Source: Candidatus Poribacteria bacterium
GTDB taxonomy: Bacteria > Poribacteria > WGA-4E > WGA-3G
Length of the DNA: 64,000 bases
Direction: 5' to 3'
NCBI GenBank assembly: GCA_964291315.2
Contig: OZ219753.1
Coordinates: 512,001-576,000 of the forward strand
Shown: positions 10,498 through 22,209 of the stretch, piece by piece
How the letters are laid out: the number at the start of each line of letters is the position of its first letter
Numbering within the stretch: position 1 is the first letter of the stretch
Notes under the pieces: model-generated
What the model was told of the DNA's origin: nothing
The model's input: only the letters and a program-made list of their open reading frames with translations
The model's database searches: none
Program-made: the position numbers and the translations under genes

Positions 10498-12939
10498 ATG
10501 CATTCGACAGCAACGAAAGAATATGAAACGGTAAGTTTACCTGTTATCTATCTGCCTTCCGATTTTAACGCGATCTTTCCGAGGAGAAGATCTCTCCTAA
10601 ATGTCGCTCGCAAGATGGGGGTCGCAGCAACACGTGATGCACTCCAATCACAGTCCGATATATTCCTCCTCCATCAAAAAGTAGAATTAGAGGATGGACA
10701 AGAAGCAGCTCCTGAAGACCTCCATACAATCGGTACTGTTGCAAATATTATCGAATCTTATGAACCCGGCGACGGCACTATCCGTATCGCCGTTCTATTA
10801 CAACAACGCGCCATTGTCCTCCGTTACACGCAAATAAAGGAATTTTTGAAAGCCGACGTGCAGATTGTTCATGAGGAAATCGGCTTAGCTAATACTGCCA
10901 AACCTCTCATGAGAGAAGCCAGGGAGCTTTTCAGGAATTACGCAAAAATTCGACAGAAAGACGAAGCACAAGACTCACAATCCCACGTTCTGACCTCCGA
11001 AGATGTCAAACGCGCTATTACAGAGCAGGAAGAACCCGGACACCTCGCCGATACCATCGCCGGACTTATCAATCTCAAACCATTCGAACGGCAAGCTGTT
11101 CTTGATGAACTTAACCCCATTAAGCGGCTTCAGCTCGTCATCCAATACCTAAAGGAAGCTCTAGAACGTGGCGAATTGCGCGACGATATCCACAACCAGG
11201 TCCGTGAATCTATTCAAAAAACACACCGCGAATTTTACCTACAAGAGCAGATGAAGGTAATACAGAAAGAACTCGGGCGCGACGACATCGCAGAAGTCGA
11301 TGAGCTTCGAGAACAGGTGAAAAACGCCGGAATGTCTGAAGAAGCCGAAGAAAAAGCTCTCAAAGAACTCGAACGACTTTCACAGATCCCACCACAATCT
11401 GCTGAATCCGGTGTTATTCGTACCTATGTCGATTGGATACTCGACCTACCCTGGAAAGAGAGTACTGAGCATCAACTCCATCTGCCTGAGGCTGAACGGA
11501 TTCTTGACGAGGACCACTACAGTTTAGAAAAACCCAAGGAAAACATCCTCGAATATCTCGCCGTTCTGCAGCTCGTCAAACATCTAAAAGGTCCTATTGT
11601 TTGCCTCGTCGGGCCCCCAGGTGTCGGCAAAACTTCGCTAGGAAAATCAATCGCCCGCGCAACCGGGAGAAAATTTGTTAGAATGTCGCTCGGCGGTGTC
11701 CGAGATGAAGCGGAAATCCGAGGGCATAGACGCACTTATATCGGCGCAATTCCCGGCAGAATTATCCAAGGGCTCCGGGATGTCAAGTCAAAAAATCCCC
11801 TCTTCCTGCTTGACGAAATTGATAAACTCAGCTCCGATTTCCGCGGAGATCCCGCCTCAGCACTCCTCGAAGTCCTTGACCCGGAACAGAACGCAACCTT
11901 CCGAGACCATTACATGGATATCGCTTTCGATCTTTCTGATGTGATGTTTATCACAACCGCTAACACCCGGGTTACTATCCCACCTCCACTTCAGGACCGA
12001 ATGGAAATTATCGATCTACCAGGTTATACCGATTTCGAGAAGCACAAAATCGCTACCTTTACGCCCAAGGGACTTATCCCAAAACAACTAGAACGTCACG
12101 GATTGTCATCCGAGCAGATTACTTTCACTGACGAAGCCATTTTTGAGATGATCCACAAATACACACGCGAGGCCGGGGTACGAAATCTCGAAAGGACCGT
12201 CACCACCGTCATGCGGAAGGTCGCAAAAGAAATTGTCACCGAAGAAAAACCTGACATTAAGGTTGAAGTCACTACAGCAAATTTGAGCGACTATCTCGGC
12301 CCCCCTAAATGGACGCGCACAAAAGCTGAAGAGAATGACGAAGTCGGAGTCGCAACAGGACTCGTGTGGACCCAGATTGGAGGCGATATCGTCTCCGTCG
12401 AAGCCACAACAATGCCTGGGGAAGGAAAACTCAATATGACAGGGCAGCTCCAAGAAGTAATGCGCGAGTCAGTCCAGGCAGCAGTCGCCTATATCCGATC
12501 CCGCGCAGAATCCTTTGGCATATCTGAAAAGATGTTCGAAAAACAGGACATTCATATCCACATCCCCGAGGGGGCGGTCCCAAAAGATGGACCCTCCGCC
12601 GGTATTACAGTTGCTACCGCCATACTTTCCGCCTTGACAGGAAAATCTGTCCGGAAAGATGTTGCTATGACCGGTGAGATTACGCTTCGCGGCAGAGTGC
12701 TGCCAATCGGAGGCCTAAAAGAGAAAGCACTAGCTGCCTACCGCAACGGTATTTTCGACATCATCATTCCTAGCGATAATGAAAAAGATGAAGTCGACGT
12801 CCCAAACGAAATTCGCGAGGAAATCCGTTTCCACAAAGTCGATGATATGACACAGGTGCTAGACCACGCACTTAGGGAGCCCATCATAACCGAAGTCCCC
12901 ATAGAAAAAATGCCTGTCGCCTCCGAATCATCAGTTTGA
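10498..12939 (+). CDS. lon: Endopeptidase La (LonA)
   Basis: [32 protein letters not shown] catalytic Ser, IGGLKEK. Confidence 0.98.
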   Translation: MHSTATKEYETVSLPVIYLPSDFNAIFPRRRSLLNVARKMGVAATRDALQSQSDIFLLHQKVELEDGQEAAPEDLHTIGTVANIIESYEPGDGTIRIAVLLQQRAIVLRYTQIKEFLKADVQIVHEEIGLANTAKPLMREARELFRNYAKIRQKDEAQDSQSHVLTSEDVKRAITEQEEPGHLADTIAGLINLKPFERQAVLDELNPIKRLQLVIQYLKEALERGELRDDIHNQVRESIQKTHREFYLQEQMKVIQKELGRDDIAEVDELREQVKNAGMSEEAEEKALKELERLSQIPPQSAESGVIRTYVDWILDLPWKESTEHQLHLPEAERILDEDHYSLEKPKENILEYLAVLQLVKHLKGPIVCLVGPPGVGKTSLGKSIARATGRKFVRMSLGGVRDEAEIRGHRRTYIGAIPGRIIQGLRDVKSKNPLFLLDEIDKLSSDFRGDPASALLEVLDPEQNATFRDHYMDIAFDLSDVMFITTANTRVTIPPPLQDRMEIIDLPGYTDFEKHKIATFTPKGLIPKQLERHGLSSEQITFTDEAIFEMIHKYTREAGVRNLERTVTTVMRKVAKEIVTEEKPDIKVEVTTANLSDYLGPPKWTRTKAEENDEVGVATGLVWTQIGGDIVSVEATTMPGEGKLNMTGQLQEVMRESVQAAVAYIRSRAESFGISEKMFEKQDIHIHIPEGAVPKDGPSAGITVATAILSALTGKSVRKDVAMTGEITLRGRVLPIGGLKEKALAAYRNGIFDIIIPSDNEKDEVDVPNEIREEIRFHKVDDMTQVLDHALREPIITEVPIEKMPVASESSV

Positions 12940-13032
12940 TATTTATCAGTTGTTATTTATCAGCTCTTGTGACAATTGACAACATGTGTAACTACCATAT
13001 CTGTTGCTGACAGCCAGCAGCGAATAAAAAAA

Positions 13033-13320
13033 ATGCGATTAGACAAATTTTTACAACTGAGCCGTCTTGTGAAACGACGGACAGTTGCTAATACTCTCTG
13101 CAGTCGAGGAGAAGTTAGTGTCAACGGGCACATCGCAAAAGCCGGAAAAATGCTTGCTATCGGTGATGTGATTCGATTGCCAGGGCCCCCATCTGCCCAT
13201 CAGGACAAGGACTCGGATGAGGAAAGTGCGCCTGAGCTTGAGTATGAGGTTCTCGAACTCCCATCGGGGAACGTTTCACGCGCCCGCGCCACAACACTCT
13301 ATCGTCTAATAAAACCGTAA
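13033..13320 (+). CDS. S4 RNA-binding protein (YabO/RqcP/Hsp15-like)
   Basis: MRLDKFLQLSRLVKRRTVA...GEVSVNG S4 motif. Confidence 0.9.
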   Translation: MRLDKFLQLSRLVKRRTVANTLCSRGEVSVNGHIAKAGKMLAIGDVIRLPGPPSAHQDKDSDEESAPELEYEVLELPSGNVSRARATTLYRLIKP

Positions 13321-13441
13321 ACCTTATCTCTTGATCGGGGCCAAGGTAATCACCTGGAGGGCCTAACCTTTATTCGGAAAAGGCATTCCCGGCTAGCTAC
13401 CGGCGAGAACACCACGTTCGATCAACGGAGAGAAACTTGTA

Positions 13442-14593
13442 ATGAACCGCGAAAATGCCCAAAGCCGCCGCAAACCAACACAAACTCTACCAACATACGT
13501 GTCGTCCAATGTAACGAAACCAAGGAAACCAAGGATTGGTATAACGATGGGCGATGCAGCCGGCATTGGGCCTGAGATCATTGTCAAGGCGCTTGCGCAT
13601 GAAAGTATATATTCAGTATGCCAACCGATAGTTATCGGTAGCCCAGATATCCTTGAAAAAGCGGCTCTCCAATTTACGCCGCCCTATATACCACGACTAA
13701 AGCTCAATATTATCAATTCACCAGCCCAAGCACTTGCAGTACACGGCACAATTGATGTTTTGAGTGTCAGTTCGCTATCTCCACATAATATTTCCATAGG
13801 CACCGTAAGTGTCCGCGCAGGCCGAGCTGCTGTCAACGCAATTGAAACAGCAACACATCTTGCTATGCAGGGCGACATTGACGCGATTACAACCGCACCA
13901 ATCTGCAAAGCTGCTATACATCGCGCCGGGTCCCCTTATCCCGGGCACACTGAAATGATTGCTGCTCTCACCAATACCTCTAGCGTAGTGATGATGCTTT
14001 GCACGACTGAAACACTGAAGTCTAACGCTGCTTTGAAAGCGACAAATTGCCCCAATCTTTCTGATAACAGAGCCGCTTTTGCTGTGTCTTTCGTGACAAA
14101 TCACGTCGCACTCGCTGACATACCGAAACATTTGTCCGTACAAAGAATAGTGGATGTCCTCTGCCTCACCCGGCAAGTGCTCATTCGAAGCGGTATCTCT
14201 GAACCAAGACTCGTTGCCGCTGGGCTGAATCCACACGCAGGTGAAGAAGGAATGTTCGGGAAAGAGGAAAAACACCTCATCTCTCCAGCTATTGCCCAGG
14301 TGCAAGCCCAAGCTCACGCCGGCATAATAGATGGTCCCCTTCCTGCAGATTCCCTTTTTGTCAAGGCAATCCAAGGGAAGTGGCACGCCGTTATCGCTAT
14401 GTATCATGATCAGGGAAATATTCCGATAAAACTCTTGCGATTCGGTGAACTTGTGAACGTCACCTTAGGTCTACCGATAATCCGTACTAGCGTTGATCAC
14501 GGCACCGCTTTTGACATAGCGGGCAAAGGGATCGCCAGCGAAACGAGTTTAATAGCGGCACTAAAATGCGCCTCACAACTCACACAGACGTAG
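13442..14593 (+). CDS. pdxA: 4-hydroxythreonine-4-phosphate dehydrogenase family
   Basis: ITMGDAAGIGPE, TAPICK, GHTE, GLNPHAGE, MYHDQG, IRTSVDHGTAFDIAG. Confidence 0.95.
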   Translation: MNRENAQSRRKPTQTLPTYVSSNVTKPRKPRIGITMGDAAGIGPEIIVKALAHESIYSVCQPIVIGSPDILEKAALQFTPPYIPRLKLNIINSPAQALAVHGTIDVLSVSSLSPHNISIGTVSVRAGRAAVNAIETATHLAMQGDIDAITTAPICKAAIHRAGSPYPGHTEMIAALTNTSSVVMMLCTTETLKSNAALKATNCPNLSDNRAAFAVSFVTNHVALADIPKHLSVQRIVDVLCLTRQVLIRSGISEPRLVAAGLNPHAGEEGMFGKEEKHLISPAIAQVQAQAHAGIIDGPLPADSLFVKAIQGKWHAVIAMYHDQGNIPIKLLRFGELVNVTLGLPIIRTSVDHGTAFDIAGKGIASETSLIAALKCASQLTQT

Positions 14594-14611
14594 GTGCACA
14601 TCTCAAGACCG

Positions 14612-17600
14612 ATGAAAAAATCTGCTATCTTTTCTTTTATAGTCCTCATCTGCTGTACTATCCCAACAATGGTTTCTGTAGCCCAGACGCAGCAGAACTC
14701 ACCACTGCAAATTTTTTCAACCACGGCAGATACTCTCACGGCACGTTTCAAATTGCCCGAACTTCGAGTAGGAAACGGCGCTTATGCTGTTGATGAAGAT
14801 GCTCCCGACACAGTAACCCGAATTTATTTTGCAGGTGCAGATTGGACGCTAGACGTAGGTAAACCTCGACTCCCTGTCTACGTACGGCGTATCGGGATTC
14901 CTGTCGTCGGGATTCCTGTCGTTACCATTATTCAGGCACGTTCTGAAGTAAAAAGCGTCAAAAACGTTCCTATTACACCGGATGACCCGATTTTCCCAGC
15001 CTTAACCCCGCTGCGCCGGGAACCACGAGGATTTTATCCTACAAAGCTGGTCGAAGTTGTTCCGATCGGTTTTGTCCGCGATCAGCGCATCGCGAGTCTG
15101 CAGATCAATCCGGTACGATATAACGCCACAACAAAGCAATTAAAAATCTACTCATCTGTTACCTTCCGCATTGAGTTTCCAGGTGCAGCAACCACTAAGC
15201 AGCAAAACCGGATGCCAACCACCACTTTCGCGCCGGCCGTCTTCGCACCTTTCCGTTCTGCTGTCTTTGAGAACCTGTTCCAAGGAACACTGCAAAATTA
15301 TGAGCAGGCAAGATCGTGGCGAAACCAGCGACGCGGCTATAGCGACACGCCTAGAAATAGCATCGCTAGGGCCCCAACATTAGCGGTTTCTGAAGCTTAC
15401 AGATTTAAAATTCCAGTTATCAGGACAGATCTCTATCGCATCACTTACAACAACATTAAGGTTGCTGCTAGTATTGAACCGGAAAATATTGATTTGGACA
15501 CCCTTCAGCTGGAAAATGGCGGACAAAAACAGGGCGTTTACATTTTTGATGAAAATGAAAACAATATATTTGAGATGGGCGAACAAATCATTTTCTATGG
15601 ACGCGCCTTAGCAGACAACAAATTTACCGAGGAAAACGTCTACTGGCTCCGCTTTGCTTTGCGTGGAGAACCTGCCATGGGCGGACTAGAATCCTCTCGT
15701 GTGGCAACGCGGGACGCTACACCCCGCTCCGAAAACTTAGTAACACCGACCGCTTTTTTAACACGAGCCCGCTTTGAAAAAAACATACATCACGATGCGT
15801 TAGCCGGTACCTCTGTTAAGTCCGAGCTTGCCGATCACTACTTTTGGAGTGCTTTTCGTGGCGGGAACGTCCAATCGAGTCGCAAGGATTTTCCTATAGA
15901 GCTGCCGAGGGCAGTCCCACGCCTCAAGATTGATCGCAACGCAACCCTACGCATCAAATTTCAAGGGGCTTCCCGCAGAGGAGCAGCACTCCACCGAGCG
16001 CGAATCACTTTCAATGGACTACAACTCGGCAGGATCGAGGAATGGAAACGGCAAGTTTCACAAATTGCTACCCGTGGCATTCCACAAGCGCGCATCCACC
16101 ACAATCAGGTCAATTTCATGCGCATCGACGCTCTTGATGATAATAAAACCGCCCCAGGATCCTACGATTTCTACCTTGATTGGTATGAACTCGATTATTG
16201 GCGCAGCTTTCAGGCAAACGCTAACCGTCTTGAATTCAATACGAATACCGAACCTCCCAACCGGGGGCAAGTCCAATACCGCATCGAAAATTTTTTTACC
16301 GAAGCCATTGACGTATACCAGCTCAATGCAAAAGGTATTGTAAATAAACTTGTTGGTGGGGAAGTCTCACAGACTGGCGCAAGTTACCAAATTCTCTTCG
16401 AAGACACCATCGACCAGCATACGCGCTATTTTGTCATAAGCCGCACCGCGTATCGGAGTATCAATGCCCTCATTCCGGCACCGCCTACCACACTTCGCAA
16501 TCCCGCCAACCAGGCCGACTATGTCGTTATAACACATCCAACCTTTACCGAGAGCATACAGCCTCTCGTTAAATTCCGACGTTCGCAGGGCCTGACAGCC
16601 CTGGTAGTCGACATCGAGGACATCTACGATGAGTTTAGTGATGGCCTCTTTAACCCGCTTGCAATTCAAAAATTCCTTCGATATACCTATAACAATTGGC
16701 AAGAACCTGTACCGACTTATGTTGTCCTCGTCGGGGATGCGCACTACGATTACAAGTTTGCTACCGTTGAACGCTACCGTGAAGACCCAAACTTCCAAGG
16801 GGTTTATAATCTGTATCCTATCTTCGTACCAACGTTCCACGGTTGGGCACCTGAAAGTGGGGAGACTGCTATGGACCAGCGCTTTGTCAACGTTAGTGGT
16901 GAAGACCCACTGCCAGATATGCTTATTGGAAGACTTTCTGTCCAGACTCCTAGTGAACTCGTAACTATGGTTGAGAAAATTATCAACTATGAAAAGAATC
17001 TCAAAACTGGACTATGGCAAGGAACTCTCATTCAGGTAGCTGATGACAACACGGACAACCCTGGTGATGGACTCTTTGAAATATCGCGCGACAGACTCAT
17101 TGCAGATATTATACCTGTCGGCTACGATACCCGCCAAATCTATCTCCGAAAAATTGAAAGCCCCGAACTCACACGCCTCCAAATCCGTGATGCTCTTAAC
17201 CAAGGCGCACTCGCGATTGAATACACAGGACACGGGGGGATCCAGACCTGGTCGGATGAAGCTATCTTTCGAAGTGAGGATGTCATCGGTTTGCGGAACC
17301 GATACCTGCCTTTTGTTATAACGACAACTTGTCTCAATGGACAATTTGATAAACCGCAGCAGGTCGGAAACTTCTGTCTCAGTGAGCAATTTCTATTAGG
17401 TGAATATGGTGCTATCGCAGCACTCTCAGCCACTCGGTTAACCTACGGGACAGCAAACGCGGCGTTTGACAACGACCTCTTTGAATCTTTATTCGGAATC
17501 GGGCGCGCCGGAAACTTGGAAACACGATTTCAATCGACCGGAACTTCACAGACGGTCGGACATATTGTTGCTAACGCCAAAATTAGTTTTCTCACTCGGA

Positions 17601-20600
17601 TCCGAAACACGCAATGGATTCCAGGCACAGAACAATATACCCTCTTTGGCGATCCTGCATCCCGACTCGCGATCCCAGAACTTCATGTAAAGGTTGAACT
17701 AGAGCGCATCGCACTCAACAACACCCACGAAATCGTCATCAAAGCGAACGAAGTCGGAACAATTGAAAATTTGGGAGCCGGACACACAACGGATCCAGTC
17801 TTCAAACGTGCAACCGACTTTAGTACAGAGGCCCTCTCTGCTTTCGCTACCTTTGCAAATAATTTTGACGATAACATCAGGAATGAACTAACGCGCCGTA
17901 CAGGAGGCAGAATTTGGCAAGGTGAATATGGAACAATCCGAATTGATGTACCGGATAGCGCACTGCCCGGCCCGGGCAGTGCAAGAATCTTCGCCTTTGA
18001 CGACACTCGTGCCGCTATCGGCGGCACCCGATTCTGGGTTGATACCCCCGTTGTACATGACATCCGAGAAACACTCGATATTAAAGTCACTGATACCCTT
18101 AATATCGCAGCCCTTGTTGTTGATGACCTTGGACCCGCAGGTATACGGAGCATTAAGGTCTTATGGGATAACACTGCTACCTTCAAAGACCAAATAGCAC
18201 TTATGGTTAAAGCACCTGCACCGCTCGGCGAAGTACCACAGGGCGGACAGTGGTATCAACTCCAAACACCTATTCCTGTGCCACAAGACGGACGACAGAT
18301 CCGCTACCGAATCCTTATCACCGATAGTAACGGACACGAAATTGCCGTTCCTTCAAAACTAGAACGCAACATCGTTAAAATCCCCGAAGGTCCCAATATC
18401 GCAATCGGTACAGAGAAAAACGACAAGCCACCTATCCGCTACGAATTTGATGAGGCAGAAGAGGGGTACCAACTCGTCGCAGAAATCGTCAATAGCGGTG
18501 GACGACCTGTCCGATCGGATATTGAGGTCGTGTTCGCTGAAGGAAACCCTGATAGCGAAGCGGATAGCATAATTGACGAAGACGCTAATATCTTAGGCCG
18601 ATTAACCGTCAAAACCACTGATTGGATAGATGGCACTCATGTCCTGCAACGTATAAGTACGACGCTCTACCTTGATAAACCCCTCGGAGCAGGCGTACAC
18701 AAAATCTATGTCTTCGCGGATCCGGATGACCCGGGAATCGATGACAAAATTCTCGGAAACGTTCAGGAATCGCGCCAGTTTGATAACAAGCAGCACATCT
18801 CTTTTATCGTCAATGAATTTAGTTATAAGCCACAGGAGGAATTAACGGCGTTCAGTCTGGATAGAGTGTTTGATATCCATTTGCCGGCAAATGCCCTCAA
18901 TGTGAGGCAACAAAGTAGAGGAGGGATTCCGCTCTCTGTATCTTCACAGACACCTACCGAGCCATTCCAACCAGATCTCCAATTCGCGCCTATTCCCCGC
19001 GTCGCTGCACTCCGACAAGGACTCATCCGACAAGGAACAGAGGTTGCACAATACTATCAACCCATCTTCCGGAACGGGGTAACAGAACTCGCTAAACCCG
19101 CTAAAGTCAAACTCCGTTTTGATGTCAGCGCCTTGGAAGATACTGTGCGCGAGGAGACAGCCCTCCAACCTGACAGCCCGGCATTTAAAACCGCGTTGAT
19201 AGAAATTGCGAAGCAGATGGCAATCTATGCATGGCAAGCAGACTTCTCGGCATGGCGGCGCCTCTCATCGCAAATTAACTATAACTCCGAAGCAGATTTT
19301 TTGCTCGAGAACTATGTCACACCAACGCAGATGGAAAATGCAAGCCAACAGGAATTAGCAGAATCCGACATCACTATTAATCCAAATCTGACACCTGCTG
19401 GAACCTGGGCACTAATTTTTTTAGATGCCGCTGAATACGAAGTGTTTCTCCAACGAAAAGGGGAAACAACCGTTCAGAAACTAGATCAGTCAGGACAATT
19501 GGATAACACGTTCAGGGAGGAAGGCTTCGGGTTAGAGATACAGATCCCGAGGCTAGAGAGCACGCCGCTAGGGGTTAATTACACCTTTGAATTTGCGGAT
19601 GTCCTCGTTTTTGAAACTGACTATAACCCCGGAGGCGATGTCGTCCTCACTCGCACTTGGCGGGCAAACACCGGGAACGGCAAAGCAACAGTCAGCAGCA
19701 GACGCGGGCCCAAAGCGGAATTCGCCATAGGCGATTGGTTTATTTTTTTTACACAACCTGAACGTTATGAACTCCGTGATGTCTCTGGCGAACCTATTCA
19801 CTATCCTAACGGTGTTAAAGTCCGAGGCAAAGTGAACGAACCAATTTACCTCAGTCACCTCGGTTTGGAAATTCTCGTCACCGCAAGCTCTGAAACCTTC
19901 GCGTTTGGCGATAAAATTAAATTTAGCAGCACTCAAGTTGGAACAATTACAGCAGAAGTCAATGAACTTACACACTTCAGCCTCATGCGTAGCACGGATA
20001 TCGAACCCCCCGCGCTTAGCCTGTGGTTAGATGGAATTCGACCGCAAACAGGAAGTGTGATTCCACCGCGGCCTACCTTCTCTATTGTCTTGGAAGATAT
20101 CAACGGCGTTGATCTGAAATCCTTTACTTTTGAAAAGAGAAAGGACGGCGGTCGTTTTGAGACCATCACCGACTATAAAATTCGAGTACAAGGAAAAGCG
20201 CAAACCGTACCAATCGATTACCAGCCAATACTCTTCCCTGGCGAATACACATTTAACGTCACAGCACAAGACTTCAACGGAAACGCTATTGGCGGAGACG
20301 AAAAAGTCGCTAGTTACCGATTTTTTGTCATCGACACCCCTGACCTCAAGCCACCCACTATTGATATCCAAGTGATTGCACTCGTTACAGGTTCAGCACG
20401 CGAACCAACCGGTGAACCGTTGACAGAGGGCGCAGTACTCAGAGAACAACCACGCTTTAAGATTACACTCACCGATGATAGCGCACTTGATGAAACCTCG
20501 TTCAATCTCAATTTTGGACATTTGCACGAACTGATTGAACCGTTGGACGCGATCAATTATACTAAAATTTTTGACCCTGCCGCTCCTGCCCAAGCCTCTA

Positions 20601-21007
20601 TTACTTACACCCCAGATCTTGCTAACGGCGAATATCAATTCCATATCACCGCCGCAGATACTAGCAACAACACAGCCGAATTTATTACCACCTTCGTCTT
20701 GAATGAGGAAGTTGCTCTCAGTGAGGTATTCAACGTTCCGAACCCGACAGTTGATGGTAAAACCTTTTTTACCTATTACCTTGCCCAAGCCCCCGACACC
20801 GTCACTATTAAAATTTACAGCGTCAACGGCAGACTCCTTCGAACGCTCGCCGATGCAAGTGCCACCCGCGGAGGAAACGAAACCCGTTGGGACGGCAGAG
20901 ACGAAACAGGAATGCGATGCGCCAACGGGGTGTATCTCTATCGCGTCATCGCTCATACAGAGAATGGAAAAGTCGAACAGGTCGGAAAATTAGCCGTCTT
21001 GCGGTAA
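14612..21007 (+). CDS. PorU-like C25 (gingipain-family) cysteine peptidase with C-terminal FlgD-Ig/T9SS-type CTD
   Basis: Signal peptide and C25 propeptide; ADYVVIT, DIYDEFS, LVGDAHYD, IGRLS, YTGHG (His), TTCLNGQFD (Cys), LFGDP; ends FNVPNP...WDGRDE.G..CANGVYLY...KLAVLR. Confidence 0.88.
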   Translation: MKKSAIFSFIVLICCTIPTMVSVAQTQQNSPLQIFSTTADTLTARFKLPELRVGNGAYAVDEDAPDTVTRIYFAGADWTLDVGKPRLPVYVRRIGIPVVGIPVVTIIQARSEVKSVKNVPITPDDPIFPALTPLRREPRGFYPTKLVEVVPIGFVRDQRIASLQINPVRYNATTKQLKIYSSVTFRIEFPGAATTKQQNRMPTTTFAPAVFAPFRSAVFENLFQGTLQNYEQARSWRNQRRGYSDTPRNSIARAPTLAVSEAYRFKIPVIRTDLYRITYNNIKVAASIEPENIDLDTLQLENGGQKQGVYIFDENENNIFEMGEQIIFYGRALADNKFTEENVYWLRFALRGEPAMGGLESSRVATRDATPRSENLVTPTAFLTRARFEKNIHHDALAGTSVKSELADHYFWSAFRGGNVQSSRKDFPIELPRAVPRLKIDRNATLRIKFQGASRRGAALHRARITFNGLQLGRIEEWKRQVSQIATRGIPQARIHHNQVNFMRIDALDDNKTAPGSYDFYLDWYELDYWRSFQANANRLEFNTNTEPPNRGQVQYRIENFFTEAIDVYQLNAKGIVNKLVGGEVSQTGASYQILFEDTIDQHTRYFVISRTAYRSINALIPAPPTTLRNPANQADYVVITHPTFTESIQPLVKFRRSQGLTALVVDIEDIYDEFSDGLFNPLAIQKFLRYTYNNWQEPVPTYVVLVGDAHYDYKFATVERYREDPNFQGVYNLYPIFVPTFHGWAPESGETAMDQRFVNVSGEDPLPDMLIGRLSVQTPSELVTMVEKIINYEKNLKTGLWQGTLIQVADDNTDNPGDGLFEISRDRLIADIIPVGYDTRQIYLRKIESPELTRLQIRDALNQGALAIEYTGHGGIQTWSDEAIFRSEDVIGLRNRYLPFVITTTCLNGQFDKPQQVGNFCLSEQFLLGEYGAIAALSATRLTYGTANAAFDNDLFESLFGIGRAGNLETRFQSTGTSQTVGHIVANAKISFLTRIRNTQWIPGTEQYTLFGDPASRLAIPELHVKVELERIALNNTHEIVIKANEVGTIENLGAGHTTDPVFKRATDFSTEALSAFATFANNFDDNIRNELTRRTGGRIWQGEYGTIRIDVPDSALPGPGSARIFAFDDTRAAIGGTRFWVDTPVVHDIRETLDIKVTDTLNIAALVVDDLGPAGIRSIKVLWDNTATFKDQIALMVKAPAPLGEVPQGGQWYQLQTPIPVPQDGRQIRYRILITDSNGHEIAVPSKLERNIVKIPEGPNIAIGTEKNDKPPIRYEFDEAEEGYQLVAEIVNSGGRPVRSDIEVVFAEGNPDSEADSIIDEDANILGRLTVKTTDWIDGTHVLQRISTTLYLDKPLGAGVHKIYVFADPDDPGIDDKILGNVQESRQFDNKQHISFIVNEFSYKPQEELTAFSLDRVFDIHLPANALNVRQQSRGGIPLSVSSQTPTEPFQPDLQFAPIPRVAALRQGLIRQGTEVAQYYQPIFRNGVTELAKPAKVKLRFDVSALEDTVREETALQPDSPAFKTALIEIAKQMAIYAWQADFSAWRRLSSQINYNSEADFLLENYVTPTQMENASQQELAESDITINPNLTPAGTWALIFLDAAEYEVFLQRKGETTVQKLDQSGQLDNTFREEGFGLEIQIPRLESTPLGVNYTFEFADVLVFETDYNPGGDVVLTRTWRANTGNGKATVSSRRGPKAEFAIGDWFIFFTQPERYELRDVSGEPIHYPNGVKVRGKVNEPIYLSHLGLEILVTASSETFAFGDKIKFSSTQVGTITAEVNELTHFSLMRSTDIEPPALSLWLDGIRPQTGSVIPPRPTFSIVLEDINGVDLKSFTFEKRKDGGRFETITDYKIRVQGKAQTVPIDYQPILFPGEYTFNVTAQDFNGNAIGGDEKVASYRFFVIDTPDLKPPTIDIQVIALVTGSAREPTGEPLTEGAVLREQPRFKITLTDDSALDETSFNLNFGHLHELIEPLDAINYTKIFDPAAPAQASITYTPDLANGEYQFHITAADTSNNTAEFITTFVLNEEVALSEVFNVPNPTVDGKTFFTYYLAQAPDTVTIKIYSVNGRLLRTLADASATRGGNETRWDGRDETGMRCANGVYLYRVIAHTENGKVEQVGKLAVLR

Positions 21008-21014
21008 ACCGAAG

Positions 21015-21344
21015 CTATTGCAACGGTGAATAATCCGTCGGTTCAAGTATTTTGGAACTCGCTACACTTACCAGCGGTCCCCCAACTTCTGTCAACCGTT
21101 TTGCTTGCTGCCACTCCGGATCTGCGATAAATGCGTCCCATGCCCGCTGGTAGTGTCCGAGATCGTCAAAGGCAAGCATATAGACGAGCTCGGTTGTCGT
21201 CGCTTCACCAATAGCTGTTTCCCAAAAACCGATGATCTTCATACCGTGTTTCTCAAACAATGGAACCGTAATATCCGCAAACCGATCGTTTAAGTTTTTC
21301 ATTTTTCCCGGCACAACTTGATAGGTGCGCAATTCATAAATCAT
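21015..21344 (-). CDS. NIPSNAP family protein
   Basis: MIYELRTY...GFW...WDAFIADPEW...LEPTDYSPLQ. Confidence 0.92.
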   Translation of the reverse strand: MIYELRTYQVVPGKMKNLNDRFADITVPLFEKHGMKIIGFWETAIGEATTTELVYMLAFDDLGHYQRAWDAFIADPEWQQAKRLTEVGGPLVSVASSKILEPTDYSPLQ

Positions 21345-21412
21345 TTTTTCATTTTCCTTTCCAACAATACATGGAACCGCAGCCGGACTGGACATACGAG
21401 CTTTTTCTTTCG

Positions 21413-22087
21413 TCAAAGTATACCATATTTATCATAAACTTCCCGCAGTATCGCGCCGGCTCGGAGGGCATCACGGGTGTACTTCTCTCTACTCACCTTT
21501 GTCAAGGCCGACTCAATCACCACTGTTTCCACTGCTTGTGGAATAACAGCAACTCCGTCCATGTCACCGAACACAATATCACCCGGATGAACTGTGACAC
21601 CCCCGCATTCAATTGGAACGTTGTATGCAACAACGTCAACACGTCCGGAAGAGTCTACGGGAGACAGACCTGTCATAAAGACCGGAAATTGCATCTCTAT
21701 AATCTGTCGGGCATCTCGAATGAAACCTTCAATAATCGCACCACGTGCTCCACGCCCCCGTGCTGCTATTGAAAGCAGTTCGCCCCAAATGCAGCTACGT
21801 GTGCTCTGATTCGTAGAGCACACGAAAATGTCATTCTGTTTGAGACTATCTACGGCTATAATTTCCCGCTGATATGGTTCATCCGGAATTTTGTAGACAT
21901 CTACACACAGTACAGGCATCGCTCGCCCTACGACAACCGACCCCGCGTACAACGGGCGGATTGTGTGTTGCAGGACCTGTTCACGGTACCCAATTCCATC
22001 AAGGGCATCCGAAATTACAGCAGCGTATAGATGCTTTTCCATCTTATCAAACAGTTCTGTGTCATCGTGCCACTTTTGAGTTTCCAT
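21413..22087 (-). CDS. RraA/HMG-aldolase family protein
   Basis: AVISDALD, WGELLS, G.IRD, GGVTVHPGDIVFGDMDGV. Confidence 0.9.
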   Translation of the reverse strand: METQKWHDDTELFDKMEKHLYAAVISDALDGIGYREQVLQHTIRPLYAGSVVVGRAMPVLCVDVYKIPDEPYQREIIAVDSLKQNDIFVCSTNQSTRSCIWGELLSIAARGRGARGAIIEGFIRDARQIIEMQFPVFMTGLSPVDSSGRVDVVAYNVPIECGGVTVHPGDIVFGDMDGVAVIPQAVETVVIESALTKVSREKYTRDALRAGAILREVYDKYGIL

Positions 22088-22209
22088 AATTTCCCTTGTA
22101 TGGACTATCAACTTTCATCACTTTGAAGAAATCAGAATATCTTGCTACTGTGTTTAAGACTCGCTGGAGCTTAACTGCTGTTCTTCTGAACACGACTTCT
22201 TTCTGACGG

